32,000 nt of DNA from Candidatus Saccharimonadota bacterium (lineage in GTDB: Bacteria > Patescibacteriota > Gracilibacteria > BD1-5 > UBA2023). A program made the position numbers and the translations under genes. Each line of letters opens with the position of its first letter. Positions within the stretch are counted from its first letter, which is position 1. Where the stretch lies: contig JAXLZO010000001.1 in the NCBI GenBank assembly GCA_046350815.1, forward strand, positions 900,001 to 932,000, read 5' to 3'. The notes below the pieces were generated by a model that made no database searches, was not told the origin of the DNA, and worked only from the letters and a program-made list of their open reading frames with translations. Below, piece by piece: positions 19,155-27,722 of the stretch.

Positions 19155-19421
19155 TTATTTTTTTATTTGTTTAAGGAGCTTCATACGACTCGTCTTTCCA
19201 CTGATAATGATATACCGTTTTCCTGTTCGCTCAAGAAGATATGCTCATATCTCGGTATTAGCTCGACCATTTTCTGGGGGTGATGCAACGCTCATCTTGT
19301 AACTTCCGTCATCAAGTTTTTCGGTAATTTCTGTCTTGGATGCGCCTGTTTTGACACGAATGTGAAGTGTTGGGAGAGTTATAATTTCATCGATGAAACG
19401 CTGGTCAGTATTGGGTGTCAT
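19155..19421 (-). CDS. DUF167/YggU-family protein (88 aa)
   Basis: 'IRVKTGASKTEI......YKMSVASPPENGRANTEIG(TGA)AYL......IIISGKTSRMK' matches the YggU pattern. Confidence 0.75.
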
Positions 19422-19537
19422 AGTGCTTATAGATAGATATGGAATGTAGATTCCCGCCTTCGCGAGGATGACGTTGTTAGTTTCAATGAATACGTTGATA
19501 GTTATTGAAAGAAGATACTAAAATGATTGAGTAATTT

Positions 19538-21148
19538 TTACAAATCTCGAATATCAAATCAGCCGTTTTTGGATCTATCTACAATTTCATCAATAATTTG
19601 CTGCCTTTGTTTTGTGTGTACTTCACGAGATTTTTCCCTATTTGCCTTGCGAGGAACCTCGGCATTATATATTTCTATATATAAGCCAATATTGGTCTTA
19701 ACAAACAATACTATATCTTTTTTAAGAAAATCTTCGAAGCTGAAAACATCAGAGTAAAATATATAGTAGCGAGCAAAAAAATCTTCATATTTTTCATAGG
19801 CATTTTCTTTGGCTCTATATACTTTCATATCAGCAATACATTTTCCAGTATCTTCAAAGTAAAAGTCATTATAATGTACCAGCGTTGAGAATCGTTTATA
19901 CTTGATCCCATCAAGAGAAAATCCTCTCGTGGAAATCATACTATAGGTATCAAAGTCATATACACCAAAAAGACGAATGCCTTTTTGTGTCGTTCATAAA
20001 AGGCGTCCAAAACAACTCTCTCACGCACGATCTCATCCAACAATTAATATATCTTCTTGTGTACCATTTTCTTTTTTAAAAGCACCTCTTTTACATATCC
20101 AAAGTCATCAGATATGTCATATACTTGTATTATCTGGTTCTCAATCTTTTATAAAAAATCCTCGAAAGTAGGTTGGATGGAGCTTCTGAAAAATATTAGG
20201 ACTGTATGTCAAAAATTCTTTGAGTTCTACTGGTATTTCTCATAGTTCTCTATAGTTTCAAAATATCTTTTTTAAAATTGTATCTCGAAGTTTTTGATTA
20301 TACTGACTCAATTCATATTTTTTTCTATCGAACGTTTTTTTCGTCGCTGAACAATCATACAATGATAAAGTTTCATCTTCAATAATCTCTATAAAATTTG
20401 TTCATTTTTTTATATATACGAAAAAAGATCGCAATCCTCCTTCTGGAGATAACGCATAGTATGCACTATCAGTAATTGTAACATCCACAAATAATACTTC
20501 GTATCAAGAAACCTCCAGTGGAAATCTATAACAAGTAGCTCAGTAGACTTCACTCTCATGAATGACATACTCAATCCACTTATCTGATCATATAGGATAA
20601 GGTGGATTGAGTTTTTCTTTGAGTACTTTAAAGCGTCTTATCTGCCAATCGATACTATCAAACAAATAATCTTTATCGCGATTATGAAATTTACTCCATG
20701 CCATATTAAGCCATGTGGTGACATCGAGTGATTCATTTTCGGGAAAGCCTCATGTTGGCATATAAAAACTTGTATTCCAACTAGGAGATACATTAATGAA
20801 TTTTCCAAATGTTTTTATTGCATATATTCCAATATCAAATGCAATACTTTTGATATTCTCAGGAAGTTGAATCCAATCAATTCAGCATGAATATATATCT
20901 TGTGATTGATATTCTTTTGAGTGATTAGTTATATATTCGTTCATTGCCTTATCAATCGCTCATAAACTCTCAATACTGTAATCAAGATAGATTTGAGGAA
21001 AGATATATCCAAGTTGTTCTTCGATCAAATCAATTCTTGCCTTCATCGAAGAGAGTATTTTTTCTTGAAATGAAAAATATTTCGAGCTAGAGGATGCGAG
21101 CTTCTTAATTTCTTTTTCTGTTTTTGGAAGAGATAATATGGTATACAT
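19538..21148 (-). CDS. large hypothetical protein (536 aa); weak SMI1/KNR4 (SUKH)-like N-terminal segment
   Basis: One continuous frame from ATG 21148 to TAA 19538, checked codon by codon, with 17 in-frame TGA. 'IDLIEEQLGYIFPQIYLDY' weakly resembles SUKH domains. No other motif recognised. Confidence 0.65.
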
Positions 21149-21178
21149 AATTTAGGGAAATTATTTGATAATTAAAGA

Positions 21179-22195
21179 CTAATCATGATGGAACAACTTG
21201 TGTGCCTCAGCAAGGCGGGCGTTGGTTACGTGGGTGTAAACCTGGGTTGTGGTGATCGATGCGTGTCAGAGAAGTTCTTGAATGATACGGATATCAGCGC
21301 CATTTCCAAGGAGTGTGGTTGCAAATGAATGTCTGAGAGTATGGGCTGAGATATCTTTTGCAATATTTGCCCTGAGAGCACGATCCTTGATCATATTCGT
21401 GATAAAGAATCGCGAAAGACGCACGTTCTCATCGCTCAGATCATGAGATGATATATTAGTGATATCAAAATTATGGCGAATGAAGAGGGGTGAAAAATGG
21501 TCACTACGAGCATTGATATACTCAATAATAACGGATTTTGCTTCATTTGTGAGGTAGACCATGCGAAGCTTGGATCATTTTCCTCTGATACTGATGCCTA
21601 CTTGGTCGCTCTCTTCTCGAATATCTGAACGATTCAGGCTGGTTAGCTCCGAAATACGTAGTCAAGTTGCATAGATACACCATATAATAGCAAAATCTCT
21701 CTTTCCCTGAATGCTCTCGCGATCGATCGATAAGAAAAGCTGCTTCACCTCATCATTCGTGAGAAATGTGACTTCTCGGTCTTTTTCCTGCATGAGGTCA
21801 ATACTTGTTGGATCAATCGTGTTGTATCCTTCTTTCTTGAGATATTTGAACCATGATCGGAGGGTGATCATGTGCGCATTCATGGTCTTTGGGCTGATAT
21901 TATGGTCGAGGAGACTTACTCTCCAAGACTTGATATCATCGAGAGTAATATCATCGAGCAGAACGGTGTAATCTTCACTCATTTCTCGAACAAGTTTTCT
22001 CATCTCAATCGATGAAAGCTTGGAAAAATCAAGAAATATCTTATATGTATACTTCTTAAACAATATGGACCTTGGGTTCAGAAACCGCATGAATCGCCAT
22101 AGATGAAAGCTATATTGTTCTACTGTTCGCGGTGAACGATCCTTGTGAATACGCAGATACACAAGAAAGTCATAGTATCATTGAATAATAGTCAT
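21179..22195 (-). CDS. Xer-type tyrosine site-specific recombinase (338 aa)
   Basis: 'YATG(TGA)LRISEL', 'GKG(TGA)SKLRMVYL', '[24 protein letters not shown](TGA)[13 protein letters not shown]' supply the R..HxxR..H..Y catalytic set. TAG stop. Confidence 0.9.
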
Positions 22196-22236
22196 AGGAG
22201 TGCGATAGGAGAGTGGGGTATCACGAAATAAAAAAT

Positions 22237-22264
22237 ACTTCACATAATGTAACTTATGTGAAGT
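22237..22264. other. dif-like Xer recombination site (11-6-11, perfectly palindromic arms); could also act as a terminator hairpin
   Basis: ACTTCACATAA-TGTAAC-TTATGTGAAGT. Compare E. coli dif GGTGCGCATAA-TGTATA-TTATGTTAAAT and B. subtilis dif ACTTCCTAGAA-TATATA-TTATGTAAACT. Lies 41 nt upstream of the xer ATG. Confidence 0.6.
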
Positions 22265-22291
22265 GAATTGCAAATCGAAATGAGGGGAGGG

Positions 22292-23104
22292 CTAATATGG
22301 AAGAAAAACTCAACCGCCATTTCGCGCTATAAGATCGAGTGTTATCTCGTAGAGATCATGTTTCTTATGTTTTTTGGAAAGAATCCTGAGGCGATTGATT
22401 GCCTGAATATAGCGCCACTCACTCGCATCTCTGAGAATCTCTTCATTGATAATAAATGGCCTCTTAAGAAACTTCTCGACTAAGAGGGTGCCAAGTTCTC
22501 CGCTCACACGTTCTGTGAGGGCTTCAAGTAGAGCGATTTCCTGAAGAGGGATACGAAATTCACAGGAATCAAATTTGATAAGTTCGCTGTATTTTTTGAG
22601 AGTTGGAAAGAGATTCTTCGCCTTCTTGCTTCGTCAGGACTCTCAGCTATCCATACTACGGGCAATCGTCCGAAAAGATATCTTGTAGCCATTTCCAAGG
22701 GAAATATCTTTCTTGGTTGATCTTGTATATACCACAAGCGTTGGGGGAGTGCTCATATCACGAAGGAGGAATTCAAGAGGTTTGTTTCATCAGAGTACGT
22801 AGTCTCCCCCACATTCATCCCGAATCACCGCTCGAGCGATCTGCCAATAGTAACGATCATAGATATCAACAATACTCATGGCACTATTATGATCTCAGAG
22901 AATCAGGAAGAGTCATTGCTTGATAACTCGCACTCTCCCCTGTTTCTGTAACTGTGAAGAGAATCTATATACCTCCTGGGGACACCGACCATCAAGGATA
23001 TCATAGTCCGGTGCTCTCTCTCGTACAATATCAAAAAGAGATATAATCTCACCCCCCTTTTTGATAAATTTGTGAACAAAATTATCAATATCATTATTCT
23101 TCAT
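22292..23104 (-). CDS. AbiEi-like antitoxin/transcriptional regulator (270 aa)
   Basis: One frame re-joined across about 9 TGA. The N-terminal wHTH 'GGEIISLFDIV.....SSQLQKQGRVRVIKQG(TGA)LFLI' fits the AbiEi_4 'L.k.G.l.rv.rGlY' pattern. No AbiEii gene is adjacent. Confidence 0.5.
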
Positions 23105-23139
23105 AATTCTTTTTGTTAATTATATTTCTTCGGTCTTAT

Positions 23140-23170
23140 TTTGCAAATATTTATACTATAATTTTGCAAA
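23140..23170. promoter_or_regulatory. two copies of the palindrome TTTGCAAA overlapping the AbiEi-like gene promoter
   Basis: TTTGCAAA at 23140-23147 and 23163-23170. On the minus strand: TTGCAA, 16-nt spacer, TATAAT, upstream of ATG 23104. Confidence 0.4.
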
Positions 23171-23183
23171 GATATATATTTCA

Positions 23184-23220
23184 ATAAAAAATGACCAAAG
23201 TGTGTTTGTGTACTTTGGTC
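23184..23220 (-). terminator. rho-independent terminator after CDS 23250..23630
   Basis: GACCAAAGT-N10-ACTTTGGTC stem, followed on the minus strand by ATTTTTTATT. Confidence 0.6.
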
Positions 23221-23249
23221 AAAGTTGGATGGAACTAAGAAGTGCTAGA

Positions 23250-23630
23250 CTAGGGTTTTGTCCCCAGAAGCCCATATTGATGAAAAAGCTTCGTTCCAGA
23301 GGGATACGCATTGAGTGCGAGCAAAGCGCGGCAATAGGTGTTCATATTGTATTTCAGCAATTGTGCCAAAATATTTTCGTACCAAAAGGTCTCAATTTTT
23401 TGACCATTTGGGTGAACGATCATAAAAACATACTTCTCCTTGGTTACTGGTGGCCGCTCTACCTCACTTACCTTTTGCTCATCATAGATTGGGACAAGTA
23501 AGGTCTTGAGAGGACCTTGTTCAGCTTCCATCTTCGTCATCTCAACCAGAAACGCTGTTTGGCTTATTCGTGACTTAAGATAGTTTTCAAGCGAAAACCG
23601 TGTTTTTTCTACAGCTGCTAACGAACTCAT
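23250..23630 (-). CDS. hypothetical protein (126 aa)
   Basis: Intact ORF with a TAG stop and no TGA. AGGAGA Shine-Dalgarno 5 nt upstream of the ATG. Has its own terminator. Confidence 0.6.
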   Translation of the reverse strand: MSSLAAVEKTRFSLENYLKSRISQTAFLVEMTKMEAEQGPLKTLLVPIYDEQKVSEVERPPVTKEKYVFMIVHPNGQKIETFWYENILAQLLKYNMNTYCRALLALNAYPSGTKLFHQYGLLGTKP

Positions 23631-23843
23631 GACTATCTCCTGTAATTAGCCCCATTCTCGGTATAAGAAGAGTAAACAATTACTGTATCAGTATATGTAA
23701 TTATAGTGATGTGTCCATGAGCATGAGATGGTGCGAAGATCAAATAATTCATGAAAGTTTGCGAAACTCAAAAAATCTATATAATTCCCTCTGTTGCTCG
23801 TGTATTTTCGGGCACATCTTTATCTAAAATACTCTTTTTGAAT

Positions 23844-24107
23844 ATGAAAAAAGAAGACAAACAGGCTCTCATTGCTGATCACGCACGTGCGGCAAAGGAC
23901 ACTGGGTCACCAGAGGTGCAAGTTGCTATCCTCACTTCTCGCATTGAGAATCTCAAAACACATCTCCAAGATCATAACAAGGATAATCACTCTCGCCGTG
24001 GTATCCTCCTCATGGTTGCAAAACGTCGAAAACTCCTCGATTATCTCAAATCAAAAGACGCAACACGATACGAAGAACTCATCAAGAAACTCAATCTCCG
24101 AAAATAA
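23844..24107 (+). CDS. rpsO: 30S ribosomal protein S15
   Basis: '[51 protein letters not shown]'. The ATG at 23844 gives the canonical ~87-aa length. Confidence 0.95.
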   Translation: MKKEDKQALIADHARAAKDTGSPEVQVAILTSRIENLKTHLQDHNKDNHSRRGILLMVAKRRKLLDYLKSKDATRYEELIKKLNLRK

Positions 24108-24121
24108 TTCGGAGATTTTTT
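24096..24121 (+). terminator. rpsO terminator
   Basis: CTCCGAA-N5-TTCGGAG stem spanning the stop codon, followed by a T run. Confidence 0.65.
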
Positions 24122-24266
24122 ACAAAAAAACAAAAAACATTTGACTTATATTACTAATTCTTTCTAGTAATAAAGAAAAGTCAACAAGGAAAACTGCTCA
24201 TGAACTGGCTTTAGCGTTTAAAATGACCGTCTTACGGGCGGCCTTATACATAATTTCTGGTCAACC

Positions 24267-24297
24267 AACCCTCACTAGAGTGAGGGTTTTCTTATTT
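24267..24297 (+). terminator. rho-independent terminator with no recognisable upstream CDS
   Basis: AACCCTCAC-TAGA-GTGAGGGTT stem followed by TTCTTATTT. Confidence 0.5.
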
Positions 24298-24331
24298 AAA
24301 AAGAAAATAACTATCACAGTATGATAGTTAT
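24297..24331 (-). terminator. terminator after CDS 24343..25584
   Basis: ATAACTATCA-N5-TGATAGTTAT stem, followed on the minus strand by TTTTCTTTTT. Confidence 0.55.
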
Positions 24332-24342
24332 TTTTGAAAGCG

Positions 24343-25584
24343 TTATTTCGTAATAGAACAATATGATATAAATATGTCCTGTACTTCTATACTATTCTTG
24401 TCTCATGATATAATATCTTGTATTTCTTCCCGTATTTCTTCCCATATATCCCTAAACATGGCCTGGTACTCAAATGGCACATTCATCTGAAGAAAATGAA
24501 TGAAAGTCTGTGAGTATACATCTATATCTTTCATCTTTAACTCTTTGATAACAACTCAAAGTTCTTTTTGACTCATAGTTATTTTGAGCGATTTTCATGT
24601 AAGAGCTCGCAAGAGCAAGGTAGTTGCAGAAAAAGAATCCAAATCATGATTTCATTGAGTAATCTTATGCCATTTACTCATAATTTCTGATTCCCCATGG
24701 CTCATAGCAAGAACACTGGTATCAGAGATATTCAAATAAGGAAGAAAATCTGGTACACCCTTTTGATGTCCTTTCATTTCAACGAGCATATGAGATACAT
24801 TTCGATGGAGTAACTGAGAAATGATTTTATATTGTTTTTCGGGTACTTTCTTTAGAATTTCATCAAATATCAGTGCTTTTTGCACGTCTTTTCAGAATCA
24901 TTTACTGCGAACATGCGCAACAATCACCTTAAGATCAGTAGTGTTCAATTGATCCATCGGTCGGTTGAATGGATGAAAATGAGAAAGAAGAAATGAGAGA
25001 ATCACATGATCAGCCATAACATGAGTATCTTTATATTCTTCATGTATTTTCTGAAACTGCATATCATCTTGATATACCTGTTTCATACACCAGAGAGCAG
25101 CTTCAACCTTTGCTTTATTTTCTTCGCTTGCTTCTTGGAGTGAAAGAAATTTAGCATATCATTCCCCTTGAAGCGAAAATTGTTGATAGAGATTTGTTAG
25201 ATCAGATGAATGTTTGAATGAATCAAACGATGCATCGAGAAAAGAGTTCGAATGAAATTCTTTAAGCATCGTTGATCATCATCGTGAATGTGCAAGAATC
25301 GATTGATTTTGAAGAGAAAGTGCTGCACGATCCAGATCACCTTCACAGGTTGCCTGAAGATAAAGACTCACAAGATTCACAATCCGAATGCGAGCCTCCT
25401 CTATACTCGGGCGTAAGTTTTTATTTCCAAATACTCCCGCAATTTGAACAATACCTTGTGGAGCTTCGTTGATAATTTCTTGCACTCGCTCCCGAGTGAT
25501 AATTCCCGATAAAACTCCATGTTGCAAAGCTTGCTCAAAAAATGGTTGATCGTTATGAATAGTGAGTTGATTATGAATTGTCAT
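24343..25584 (-). CDS. hypothetical protein (413 aa), re-joined from three track ORFs
   Basis: ORFs 25279..25584, 24898..25086 and 24652..24885 share one frame and are separated only by TGA (9 in total, including the tandem TGA-TGA at 25276-25281). TAA stop at 24343. Confidence 0.6.
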
Positions 25585-25649
25585 GTGTATGATTGAAAAT
25601 TAAGAGTAGATCTCTTCTGCTGAGGGTAGAAACATTCTATCATCCGAAG

Positions 25650-25683
25650 AAAAGATCAACCTGGAGCTCCTTGCATCCAGGTT
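25650..25683 (-). terminator. hairpin (possible terminator or attenuator) after the J-domain cassette
   Basis: AACCTGGA-N10-TCCAGGTT stem, followed on the minus strand by GATCTTTTCTTC. Confidence 0.4.
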
Positions 25684-25702
25684 GAGTTAAATTTTTATTC
25701 CA

Positions 25703-26398
25703 TTACAAAGCAGAATTTTCATCCGCTTGTTCAGGAATTTTCGGTTCATTATTCTTGTTGTTTTCTTGAAGTTCCAACGCATCAGACATGGTACGTTCTT
25801 GACGTTCCGAATTCTGCATGATGCGCGTATGCATGGATGCTGCACATTGATACACTGATTCCCAGAAATCTGGAAAGCCTTCACGGAGCTCAAAAGCAAA
25901 TTGCTTCCACTCTCCGTCCAGCACTTCACTATGAGTATCTGGTTCATCAGAGCCAAGGTTGAAAGTCATGTAACGTTGAAAATGCACGATCCGTTCATAA
26001 TTTTGTCCGCCACGACTCAGCAAATAGATTGCAAGGATATCCTCACAGCTACATTCTGAGATCTTGGTGAAAAACTCAGATCGTTCCTGCTCATCACGAG
26101 CCATCACAACAGAATTGATTAAACCTTCCAGTTTATTCAATTCGTTGTACTGGCGTTCCAGCATGAGCATTGCGATGAACTGATCAACCCCGACAAGCAG
26201 ACTCAGGGGCGAAGATTTAGAACAATCAAATTCACGCACAATCAAGCTGAGATGTTTTGGTTCCATCTCATCCAAAAGGGCGCGAAGCTGCTGATCGCCA
26301 TGCTTTTCGGCAAATGCAACCAACGAACGCTCGGCAGAACCGAATGCACCAAGCACTGCAAGCTCGGAAACTTGCGAGATTACAAGAGACTGATTCAT
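25703..26398 (-). CDS. hypothetical protein (231 aa), third gene of the J-domain cassette
   Basis: Intact ORF with a TAA stop. 10 Gly, none encoded by TGA. Starts 6 nt after the upstream stop. Acidic/polar C-terminal tail. Confidence 0.75.
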   Translation of the reverse strand: MNQSLVISQVSELAVLGAFGSAERSLVAFAEKHGDQQLRALLDEMEPKHLSLIVREFDCSKSSPLSLLVGVDQFIAMLMLERQYNELNKLEGLINSVVMARDEQERSEFFTKISECSCEDILAIYLLSRGGQNYERIVHFQRYMTFNLGSDEPDTHSEVLDGEWKQFAFELREGFPDFWESVYQCAASMHTRIMQNSERQERTMSDALELQENNKNNEPKIPEQADENSAL

Positions 26399-26404
26399 GA
26401 TCTT

Positions 26405-26899
26405 TTACTCCGAATCAATGGGATCGAGGCCGGTTAAGTTCGGGGCTTCATTCTCACCCCAGTCGCTATCCACATCGGGGCTACCGTCGTGGATGACAAC
26501 CTTTTCCTTGGCAACAGTAGACTTCTGAGTAAACAGAAATTCCATTGCAATTGCGAAAATAAGGAGAAATTCACCATTTTTGTATTTCAGAACCTGTTCA
26601 ACAAGCTCTTGATCTGCAAAAATCACATCTTCTTTCAGAATTTCCCAGGTCGGGAAATCTTCCAGATCGTTTGCAACCAGTCGTTTTACACGAGCAATGT
26701 TGGCAAATTTTATAGTGCCATGAAAAATCGGCGCCACTATTTCCGGAAAATCCGCAGACATTGGCATAAGAGTATCAAGTGATGACCGCTTTGCAGCGAT
26801 ATTCTCCTTGAATTGATCTTCACCACGAGCACCAGCAAGATCCTGAAGCTCAGCTTGGTAGGAGCCCAATGCTCCTTGAAAATAATCACTTACTTGCAT
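26405..26899 (-). CDS. hypothetical protein (164 aa), second gene of the J-domain cassette
   Basis: Intact ORF with a TAA stop. 9 Gly, none encoded by TGA. The ATG overlaps the J-domain gene's end by 10 nt, with a GAGGGTG Shine-Dalgarno upstream. Acidic C-terminal tail. Confidence 0.75.
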   Translation of the reverse strand: MQVSDYFQGALGSYQAELQDLAGARGEDQFKENIAAKRSSLDTLMPMSADFPEIVAPIFHGTIKFANIARVKRLVANDLEDFPTWEILKEDVIFADQELVEQVLKYKNGEFLLIFAIAMEFLFTQKSTVAKEKVVIHDGSPDVDSDWGENEAPNLTGLDPIDSE

Positions 26900-27174
26900 G
26901 ATAATACACCCTCAATGTAGTTTTGCCAGATTTCTCCGGCAGTTTGGAGTGGATCATCGAGTAGCATACTATTTCGTTTGGAATCATATGCAGCCCGATT
27001 TTCCGGATCAGAGAGGCATTGGTATGCCTCGGTCACAGCGTGAAATTCTCGAATAAAATCTGGATCACCCTGATTTTTATCGGGATGATAGAGTTTTACC
27101 TTACGGTGGTAAGCTAAGCGAACTTCTTCTTGCGAGGCATTCGCTGATATACCTAGTATCGTATAGTGGTCCAT
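26890..27174 (-). CDS. stand-alone J-domain protein (94 aa)
   Basis: 'DHYTILGISANASQEEVRLAYHRKVKLYHPDKNQGDP...FHAVTEAYQCLSDPENRAAYD' is a canonical DnaJ J-domain with the HPD motif. No G/F or zinc-finger region. Confidence 0.9.
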   Translation of the reverse strand: MDHYTILGISANASQEEVRLAYHRKVKLYHPDKNQGDPDFIREFHAVTEAYQCLSDPENRAAYDSKRNSMLLDDPLQTAGEIWQNYIEGVLSCK

Positions 27175-27353
27175 AATGGACCCCCCATGAAAACAAGAAT
27201 GTAAATGAACAATCCTATCTTGCGACAGGAACTTTTGTATATTATATATTATTCATAAATATGCAAGTACTATAAAATCAGATATTTTTCATAGTACTAT
27301 CAAGCGTTTTGCCTAAAATACACCAAAATAGAGTTATTTTTCACAAAGAAATA

Positions 27354-27381
27354 TTGACAATATCATTCACATCTTTAATAT
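27354..27381 (+). promoter_or_regulatory. sigma70-like promoter upstream of the first tandem RNA element
   Basis: TTGACA (27354-27359), 16-nt spacer, TAATAT (27376-27381). Confidence 0.45.
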
Positions 27382-27423
27382 GCACCTTGCAAATGATTTC
27401 TAAAATATTTCATGAGTCATATA

Positions 27424-27540
27424 CATACTTCGTTCTGGTCATACTATTTCTTTCTCGGATCTCTGAGAGGGTGTTTTATGGGCAAATAGATATATCTATG
27501 ATCCATGAAAAAACTTCTCACTGTTGGGAAGTTTTTTATT
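27424..27540 (+). repeat. tandem element copy 1 (~117 nt): conserved 58-nt core, variable tail, intrinsic terminator
   Basis: The 58-nt core CATACTTCGTTCTGGTCATACTATTTCTTTCTCGGATCTCTGAGAGGGTGTTTTATGG is identical to 27591-27648. It ends in a CTTCTCA-CTGT-TGGGAAG hairpin plus T6. Confidence 0.75.
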
Positions 27541-27590
27541 TGTGAATAAGTAGTCTCATTTTCTTTTTTATCTCGATGCATACCCATCAG

Positions 27591-27709
27591 CATACTTCGT
27601 TCTGGTCATACTATTTCTTTCTCGGATCTCTGAGAGGGTGTTTTATGGCATAGAAAGTATCTATAGTATCCATTTACAACCTTCTCACCAAGAAGGTTTT
27701 TTATTTTTT
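27591..27709 (+). repeat. tandem element copy 2 (~119 nt), ending 14 nt before the ATP-grasp gene
   Basis: Same 58-nt core. The tail shares TATCTAT..TCCAT with copy 1. Ends in an AACCTTCT-CACCA-AGAAGGTT hairpin plus a T run. Confidence 0.75.
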
Positions 27710-27722
27710 CTATCTACATACT

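Noticed and set aside
22237-22264. Treating the 28-bp palindrome purely as a rho-independent terminator of the AbiEi-like gene
   Set aside because: This is not fully rejected, since a T run does follow on the minus strand. However, the exact 11-6-11 geometry and the arm-end identity to known dif sites next to a xer gene make a recombination-site role at least as likely, so it is reported as dif-like with a dual-function caveat.
27309-27545. 78-aa track ORF (86 aa if read through TGA) covering the tandem repeats as a small membrane protein or RiPP precursor
   Set aside because: The two identical 58-nt cores are 167 nt apart (not a multiple of 3), so they would be read in different frames. Copy 2 has no start codon in the copy-1 frame. 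Each copy ends in an intrinsic terminator, so an RNA-level function is more parsimonious.
27424-27709. CRISPR array
   Set aside because: There are only two copies. The repeats are 58 nt with homologous tails and terminators, there is no spacer-repeat periodicity, and there are no cas genes in the window.
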